NCBI GenBank assembly: GCA_052346145.1
Contig: DAWDVX010000002.1
Coordinates: 6,671 to 70,670, forward strand
Origin: Collinsella sp.
GTDB taxonomy: Bacteria > Actinomycetota > Coriobacteriia > Coriobacteriales > Coriobacteriaceae
DNA: 64,000 bases
Direction of reading: 5' to 3'
Below are positions 57,966 to 64,000 of this stretch, one piece after another; the stretch's first letter is position 1; every line of letters starts with the position of its first letter. The position numbers and the translations under genes were made by a program. The notes below the pieces were generated by a model that was given only the letters and a program-made list of their open reading frames with translations, had not been told where the DNA came from and made no database searches.

Positions 57966-59475
57966 GGTAGTCCCTTCGTACACGCGGTCCCTGGTCGTCG
58001 GTGCGCAGACGCGCCGACGGGTCCGAGTTCAAATCGATTCGATTATATCCGCCGCCCGCGTTGCGAGGGCTGGGGCGCTGCGGACGGCCTTGCGGAGCCG
58101 TTCGCGAGCGTGGACGAGCTGCCGGCTCGGATGCAGAACCATCCAGAACGGTAAAGCCGCTACGCGAAGGTCGTTCACCGCGCACATGGGCTACGCCGGC
58201 GGTGCTCTCGTCCATAACGGCAAAGCTCTCACGGCGACGGTCATACTCATCGCGGCGGGCGCTCTCGTACGAAACGCGCAGGATCAACCCGGCAAGCATA
58301 AGCGACACAATAATCGACGAACCGCCGTAGCTAATAAACGGCAACGGTTTGCCCGTCATGGGAAACACGTTGAGGATGCCCAGCGCGTTAATCAAAAACT
58401 GCACCGCGAGAATGACCGCGGAGCCAGACGCCATGAGCGCGCCCCGGCGATCGGTCGCCTGCTCGGCAATGCGAAACGCCGAGTAGATCAGCATCGCAAA
58501 CACCAAGAAGAACAGCACGGTTCCGACAAAACCGACTTCCTCGCCAATGATGGCCAGGATGTAGTCGTTGTGCGCTTCGGGCAGATACGAGTACTTCATG
58601 GTTGAGTTGCCGATGCCGCGGCCGAACAGACCGCCCGAGGCAAAGGCCATGATGGCAAGCGTGGCCTGATAGCCGTCACCATACTCGTCGGCCCAAGGGT
58701 TCAAGGCAACCTGAATACGCACCATACGGTACGGCTCTGCGACAAGCGCAATCACGATCACGAGAATGCCGAAGATTAGCACGCCGATGATAAATCTGGG
58801 GTCGAGACCCGCAAACAACGCCATGCACATGAGGGTCAACAGGATGATCAGGACAGTACCGAAATCGGGCTGGATAAAGATCAGAAAGAGCGAAATGCCC
58901 AGGTAGATGCCCATCTTGCGAAGGAATTCGTTGATGTTGCCACCGGGCGAAAAGAAGCGATCGAGCATGATGGCCGAATACGCAATGGCAAATGGCTTTA
59001 AAAACTCGGAAGGCTGGAACTGAATACCGGCGATGTTGAGCCAGCGCGTGGCGCCACGGCTGCCGCTGCCCACCAAGAACACCAGAAGCAGTAGCCCTAT
59101 CATGCCGATGAGGAAGATCCTGAGCACATCCTCCCCAAACCAGCTGTCCGGCAAAACGCGCACGATGGCAATCAGCGCCAGAACACCGACCACGGCAAAC
59201 GCGGCCTGTCGACCCAGAAAAAACGTCGCCGAGCCATTCTCGTGCAGCGCCTCGACCGAAGACGCCGAGTACACCATCAGCAGGCCAAAGCATACCAAGG
59301 TAAACAAGCAGGCCATGAATATCAAACGGGGGCGCATGATACGGGCGGGAACGCCGGCAATATAGCGTTCGCTAAACGACTGCCCACCGCGGCTGGAACA
59401 CGATGTGATGCGCCGTGAGGAAGCACGGTCCGAGTCGGGCCTCCTCATACCTTGTCGGGGGCTCTCCTCTCTCAC
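57955..59475 (-). CDS. ftsW: SEDS peptidoglycan glycosyltransferase FtsW
   Basis: MVYSAS, RW...QPSEF.K, QPDFG, LPEAHNDYI, TGKPLPFISYGGS. Confidence 0.93.
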   Translation of the reverse strand: MREESPRQGMRRPDSDRASSRRITSCSSRGGQSFSERYIAGVPARIMRPRLIFMACLFTLVCFGLLMVYSASSVEALHENGSATFFLGRQAAFAVVGVLALIAIVRVLPDSWFGEDVLRIFLIGMIGLLLLVFLVGSGSRGATRWLNIAGIQFQPSEFLKPFAIAYSAIMLDRFFSPGGNINEFLRKMGIYLGISLFLIFIQPDFGTVLIILLTLMCMALFAGLDPRFIIGVLIFGILVIVIALVAEPYRMVRIQVALNPWADEYGDGYQATLAIMAFASGGLFGRGIGNSTMKYSYLPEAHNDYILAIIGEEVGFVGTVLFFLVFAMLIYSAFRIAEQATDRRGALMASGSAVILAVQFLINALGILNVFPMTGKPLPFISYGGSSIIVSLMLAGLILRVSYESARRDEYDRRRESFAVMDESTAGVAHVRGERPSRSGFTVLDGSASEPAARPRSRTAPQGRPQRPSPRNAGGGYNRIDLNSDPSARLRTDDQGPRVRRDYHDR

Positions 59476-59483
59476 CGCAACCC

Positions 59484-60890
59484 CTATTCCATTTGTGATT
59501 TCGCTGTAGCGGCAAGCTGAGCCACGTAGTCCTTAAACACGCGGCCGCGCTCCTCATAGCCCGAGAACTCATCGAACGAAGAGCAGGCAGGAGAAAGTAA
59601 GATCACGTCACCACGGCTCGAAAGCGAACGGGCAACGTCCACGGCGTCGCGCAGGTCATCCGCCTGGGCGATATCCACATCGCCATCGACATCAGCCTCG
59701 TCCATAGCGGCGGTGAAGCGCTCGCGCGCATCGCCAAAGCAGACGACCGAGCGCACGTTGTCCATAACGACGCGCGCGAAGTCCGTGAGCGGCGTGCCCT
59801 TATCGTGGCCGCCGAGCAGCAAGATCACGTCGTCATCGGGAAATGCCGTCAGTGCCTTCTCGACCGCATCGGTGTTGGTCGCCTTGGAATCGTTGACGTA
59901 GCGCACGCCGTCAATCTCGCCACACGGCTCCACGCGGTGCTCGAGCGGCTGGAACGAGGCAAGACCGCGGCAGACACCATCGACATCGGCACCGACCGCC
60001 AAGGCAGCCGTGGCAGCGCACAGGGCATTGATAACATTGTGATGGCCCGAGATCTTGAGCTCGGAAGTGGCGACAAGCTGAGTCTCGACGCCCTTCAGGC
60101 GGACGACCAACTTGCCGTCGCGCACAAAGGCGGCGTCTGCACCCTCGGGCTCGTCAAAAGCGACCTTGCAGATGCGGCGGCCCGGCATGTAGATGTACTC
60201 ATCGAACTCATGGATGCCGGCATCCTCAACGTCGATAACCACGAGGTCGTCGTCGACCATATTCTCGAACAACTTGATCTTGGCAAGCGCATAGTTCTTG
60301 TGGCTCTTGTGCCAGCCCAGGTGGTCGGGCGTGATGTTGAGCAGCACCGCCACGCGAGGATGAAGCTCGGCGGTCGTAGCAATCTGATAACTCGACAGCT
60401 CGGCCACAAACCACTCATTATGTGCGCGGCCGTCGATCTCGTTCACGGGCGGCTCACCGATATTGCCGACGGCCACGCTGGCTTCACCGGCGGCCTTGAG
60501 CAGATAATCAGTCAGCGACGTGGTAGTTGTCTTGCCGTTGGTGCCCGTGATGGCAATCCAGTTATCGGGCGACAGGCGATAGGCAAACTCGGGCTCACCC
60601 ATAATCTGGGCGGCATGCTCGCGCCCAGCCTTAAAGAAGCCCGAGAACTCCGAGATGCCCGGGCACGTCACGCATACGTCATAGGCGCCCTCGACCTGTT
60701 CGGTCCCATAGACAAACGACGCACCAGCAGCCTCGAGCGCACGCGTGGCGTCATTGGGCTCAGAGGTGCCGCCGCCATACACGGTAACGGCGCTTACGCG
60801 CTCGGGATGTGCCAGCGCCCAGCGGGCGACATCGAGACCGGATTTGCCCTGACCCAAAACGAGCAGGCTAAAGACATCAGCAAGAGACAT
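59484..60890 (-). CDS. murD: UDP-N-acetylmuramoyl-L-alanine--D-glutamate ligase
   Basis: ITGTNGKTTT, ELSSYQ, NDSKATN, LSPACSSFD. Confidence 0.97.
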   Translation of the reverse strand: MSLADVFSLLVLGQGKSGLDVARWALAHPERVSAVTVYGGGTSEPNDATRALEAAGASFVYGTEQVEGAYDVCVTCPGISEFSGFFKAGREHAAQIMGEPEFAYRLSPDNWIAITGTNGKTTTTSLTDYLLKAAGEASVAVGNIGEPPVNEIDGRAHNEWFVAELSSYQIATTAELHPRVAVLLNITPDHLGWHKSHKNYALAKIKLFENMVDDDLVVIDVEDAGIHEFDEYIYMPGRRICKVAFDEPEGADAAFVRDGKLVVRLKGVETQLVATSELKISGHHNVINALCAATAALAVGADVDGVCRGLASFQPLEHRVEPCGEIDGVRYVNDSKATNTDAVEKALTAFPDDDVILLLGGHDKGTPLTDFARVVMDNVRSVVCFGDARERFTAAMDEADVDGDVDIAQADDLRDAVDVARSLSSRGDVILLSPACSSFDEFSGYEERGRVFKDYVAQLAATAKSQME

Positions 60891-60899
60891 GAAAGACCA

Positions 60900-61919
60900 C
60901 TATCCCAACTGGAAGAACAGAGCAAGGCCAACGGCACCAAAGGCCGCAGCGATAATCCAAAAACGGATGACGACCTTGGTCTCGGCCCAGCCCTTCTTTT
61001 CGAAATGATGATGGATGGGCGCCATAAGGAAGACGCGCTTGTGCGTAAAGTGGAAGTAGACAACCTGAATCATGACCGACAGGGTCTCAACGATAAACAG
61101 GCCGCCGATGATGAGGGAGACGACCTCGGTGTTGGTCATGATGGACGTGCAGGCAAACGCGGCGCCCAGGGCAAGCGAGCCGGTGTCGCCCATAAAGATG
61201 CTCGCCGGATAGCAGTTGAACCACAGAAAGCCCAAGCAGGCACCGGCACACGCGGTGCAGAAGATGGACAGGTTCACGTCTCCGTGCAAAAACGCCATGG
61301 CAGCCATGGCGAGCATGGCAATCATGGAGGTGCCGCCAGCAAGACCGTCAAGGCCATCGGTCAGGTTCACGGCATTAGAAAGACCGGCGATCATCAGCCA
61401 GCAAAAGACAGTGTAGAGCCACGGGAACGAAAGGCCGCAGATGGTGGTCGAAAGCACGCCAAGGTCAATCGTCAGGCCGCCGGGAAAACGAATCTCGGGG
61501 GCGACGCCGCACCAGTTAACGGCAAGTACCGTAAAGGTGACACAGATAATGGTTAGGCCGATCATCTTGGCATGAGGCGTCAGACCGAGCGAGCGCCCAT
61601 GCGTAACGGAGGTCAGGTCGTCGATCAGGCCCAGCACGCCGGTCGCCAGCGTGGCGAGCAGCACGAGCACGAGCTCGGTGGTGAGCTTGCCCATCAGCAG
61701 GCAGGTCAGCGAAATCGCGACGAGAATGACAACGCCACCCATGGTGGGCGTTCCCTGCTTAACCAAATGACGCTTGGGGCCGTCGGCACGAACCTGCTGG
61801 CCGATACCCTCGACCTTGAGCAGCTTGATCCACCACGGCATGAGCAGCAGCGCAATGGCAGCGGCGATGCCAAGCCCCAAAAAGGCCTGATACGTTGGAT
61901 ACGAGGGATTGCCGAACAT
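60900..61919 (-). CDS. mraY: Phospho-N-acetylmuramoyl-pentapeptide transferase
   Basis: KQGTPTMGG, NAVNLTDGLDGL, FMGDTGS, MAPIHHHFE. Confidence 0.97.
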   Translation of the reverse strand: MFGNPSYPTYQAFLGLGIAAAIALLLMPWWIKLLKVEGIGQQVRADGPKRHLVKQGTPTMGGVVILVAISLTCLLMGKLTTELVLVLLATLATGVLGLIDDLTSVTHGRSLGLTPHAKMIGLTIICVTFTVLAVNWCGVAPEIRFPGGLTIDLGVLSTTICGLSFPWLYTVFCWLMIAGLSNAVNLTDGLDGLAGGTSMIAMLAMAAMAFLHGDVNLSIFCTACAGACLGFLWFNCYPASIFMGDTGSLALGAAFACTSIMTNTEVVSLIIGGLFIVETLSVMIQVVYFHFTHKRVFLMAPIHHHFEKKGWAETKVVIRFWIIAAAFGAVGLALFFQLG

Positions 61920-61922
61920 GGG

Positions 61923-63347
61923 CTAGCACACACCTTCCACAAAGCGGTCGAGCTCAACAAAGCGGGAACCCTTGACCAGTACAACATCATGTTTTTCAAG
62001 CGCGCCGCCCATGTGGTCGAGCACCTGCTGATAATCGGAGAACACCTGGATGCGGTCCTCGTCCATACCCATCATGCGCGCGGCATCGGCCATAAGCTGG
62101 GCCAGCTCACCACCCACGCACGCCAGCATGTCGAGCTTCTTGGCGGCGGCATAGGCGCCCACGAGCTCATGCATGCGAGGAGCCTCATCGCCCATCTCGC
62201 CCATCTCGCCCAGGATCGCCATGCGAGACCCCGTGCACGAAAGCGAGCACAGTAGATCGAGACCAGCAGCCATGGATTCGGCGCTGGCGTTATAGGAATC
62301 GTCAATGACGCGGGCACCGCTCTTGGCGCGCTTGATCTCCTGGCGGTGACCGGTGATCGTGAGGCCTCTAAAGGCAGCATCGATCTGCTCGGGCGTCACG
62401 CCCAGGCGATAGGCAACTGCGGCGGCCTTAACGGCATTTGGGACGGACTGCACGCCGGGGATGGCAAGCATGGTATCGGTCGTCTCACCCTGGCCAAAAT
62501 CGAGCGTAAAGACCGGACGGCCCTCGTCATCAACACGAATGTCGCGGGCACGGACCTCATCATCGTCCGAGACGCCGGCCAGCATCACATCGATACCAGC
62601 AGGCTGGGCGAACGTATCGCGAATGAACGGCGTAAAGTCGTCCTCACCGCCCAAAACCAGCAGCGGCAAGAAGTCGCCGGCGGCGCGCATACCCTGGACA
62701 ATCTCGGCCTTAGCGCGGGCGATGTTCTCGCGGCTGCCCAAAATGCCGATGTGAGAGGTGCCGATCTTGCTCACGATGGCAAAGTTGGGATTGGCGGACT
62801 GGGAAAGGCGCTCGATCTCGTGGAAATGGTTCATGCCCATCTCGAGCACCAGGACCTCGGTATCGGCCGGAGCGGAAAGCACCGTGAGCGGCATGCCGAT
62901 CAGGTTATTGAAATTGCCCTTGGTGGCCCAGACACGATAGCGCTTGGCGAGCACGGCGGCGAGCACGTCCTTGGTCGTCGTCTTGCCGATGGAACCGGTA
63001 ATGCCAACGACCAGGCAGCCAAGCTCCAGGCGATACGCGTGCGCCAAACGCAGCAGAAACTCCTCGGGATCATCGGTCAGCAGGATGGCGCATCCTTTGT
63101 CCTGCGCCAGCGAGACCAGCTCGGCCTCGGGCTCACGCGTCATCACGACGGCGCCGGCACCCGACTGGACGGCACGGGAAGCAAAATCATTGCCGTCGAC
63201 GTTTTCACCGGGAAAGGCGACGAAAATCGTCCCTTCCTCGACCTGGCGCGAGTCGATAACGCACCCGTGGCATACCCGATCGGCTTCTCCCGTCACGGTT
63301 CGGGCCCCTGTTGCGGCCGCGAGGTTGTTGACGGCGATCTCTATCAT
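61923..63347 (-). CDS. murF: UDP-N-acetylmuramoyl-tripeptide--D-alanyl-D-alanine ligase
   Basis: ITGSIGKTTTK, NFNNLIG, EMGMNH, DDSYNA, LVKGSR. Confidence 0.96.
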   Translation of the reverse strand: MIEIAVNNLAAATGARTVTGEADRVCHGCVIDSRQVEEGTIFVAFPGENVDGNDFASRAVQSGAGAVVMTREPEAELVSLAQDKGCAILLTDDPEEFLLRLAHAYRLELGCLVVGITGSIGKTTTKDVLAAVLAKRYRVWATKGNFNNLIGMPLTVLSAPADTEVLVLEMGMNHFHEIERLSQSANPNFAIVSKIGTSHIGILGSRENIARAKAEIVQGMRAAGDFLPLLVLGGEDDFTPFIRDTFAQPAGIDVMLAGVSDDDEVRARDIRVDDEGRPVFTLDFGQGETTDTMLAIPGVQSVPNAVKAAAVAYRLGVTPEQIDAAFRGLTITGHRQEIKRAKSGARVIDDSYNASAESMAAGLDLLCSLSCTGSRMAILGEMGEMGDEAPRMHELVGAYAAAKKLDMLACVGGELAQLMADAARMMGMDEDRIQVFSDYQQVLDHMGGALEKHDVVLVKGSRFVELDRFVEGVC

Positions 63348-63473
63348 TGCAGCTCCCCTGTAAACCTAATAATGCTATCGGCGTATTGTATCCCAGCGCC
63401 GCACATGCGTGGTGCAGGGCATGTGAACACCCTCATATGGGACAACAAACCACGCCCCAAAGATTGTAACCCC

Positions 63474-64000
63474 CTACTTCGTGTGCGGGATACCCAGCAC
63501 GTCGAGCGCGTTGGCCATAATGGACTGGAACGGCACCGCAGCGGCATCTGAGCCGCTCGGCGTTCCGTCGAGCGTGATATAGCACAGCACCTTGGGCGAT
63601 TGTGCCGGTGCAAAGCCCATAAAGGACGACATGTAGTTCTCCTTGAGGTAGCCGCCGTTCTCGTCGGCACGTTCGGCCGTACCGGTCTTACCCGCCACGT
63701 CATAGCCGTCAACCGCGCCGCCAACGCCCGTTCCCTCGGACACGACCGTCTGCATGCACGATGTCACCTGGGATGCGGCGTCCTCCGAAATCGCGCGCTC
63801 GCCTTCGCCCCAGTCCTTCTCGTCGCCTTTGCTGGACTTATAGAAGTGCGGTGTCATCATCACGCCGCCGTTGGCGATGCCGCCCACGGCACGTGCGATC
63901 TCAATCGGCGAGACGGACAGTGCCTGTCCAAAGCTCATCGAGCCCAGCGTAGCGCCGTCATACTGGTCACGCTCCTTGACGATACCCAGGCTCTCTCCCG
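63474..64000 (-). CDS. ftsI: Class B penicillin-binding protein (FtsI-like), C-terminal part (truncated by the window)
   Basis: SFGQ, IANGG, AGKTGTA, SFMGFAP; upstream end of the dcw cluster. Confidence 0.85.
   Translation of the reverse strand, partial: GESLGIVKERDQYDGATLGSMSFGQALSVSPIEIARAVGGIANGGVMMTPHFYKSSKGDEKDWGEGERAISEDAASQVTSCMQTVVSEGTGVGGAVDGYDVAGKTGTAERADENGGYLKENYMSSFMGFAPAQSPKVLCYITLDGTPSGSDAAAVPFQSIMANALDVLGIPHTK

Overview
High-GC chromosomal segment, most likely from a gut Coriobacteriia bacterium (Collinsella-like; inferred from gene content and an Actinomycetota-type dcw cluster, not from a database search). In order it holds: a double-cubane-cluster/2-hydroxyacyl-CoA-dehydratase-like operon (two paralogues, an activase and a GT4 glycosyltransferase), modABC with mog/moeA, a CLC-F-type fluoride exporter, arfB, xpt, an MFS transporter, metY, rnpB, rpsA, a cysteine-desulfidase-like gene, rpiB, ndk, argG/argH, polA, an M18 aminopeptidase, TPP riboswitch-thiC, thiD, a PARG-like gene, PiT/DUF47, and the dcw cluster (ftsI-murF-mraY-murD-ftsW-murG-murC-murB-ftsQ-ftsZ-pgeF-[pstSCAB-phoU]-yggS-sepF-yggT-divIVA). 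No transposase, prophage or cas gene is seen. The most interesting signals are non-genic or very small. (1) A 24-aa Arg-rich leader peptide (ending CGA-CGA-CGA-TAA) upstream of argG suggests ribosome-mediated arginine attenuation. (2) There are several families of intergenic palindromic elements, including a six-motif alternating-orientation array with 25-26-nt spacers and three 67-bp elements. (3) One-sided, strand-specific G/T-rich codon 'halos' lie next to the large hairpin elements and may reflect local mutagenesis. (4) Also present are a candidate C-rich-loop sRNA, a small gene with a LexA-like box, a PARG homologue with QEA in place of QEE, and a yggT that lacks a canonical start codon.
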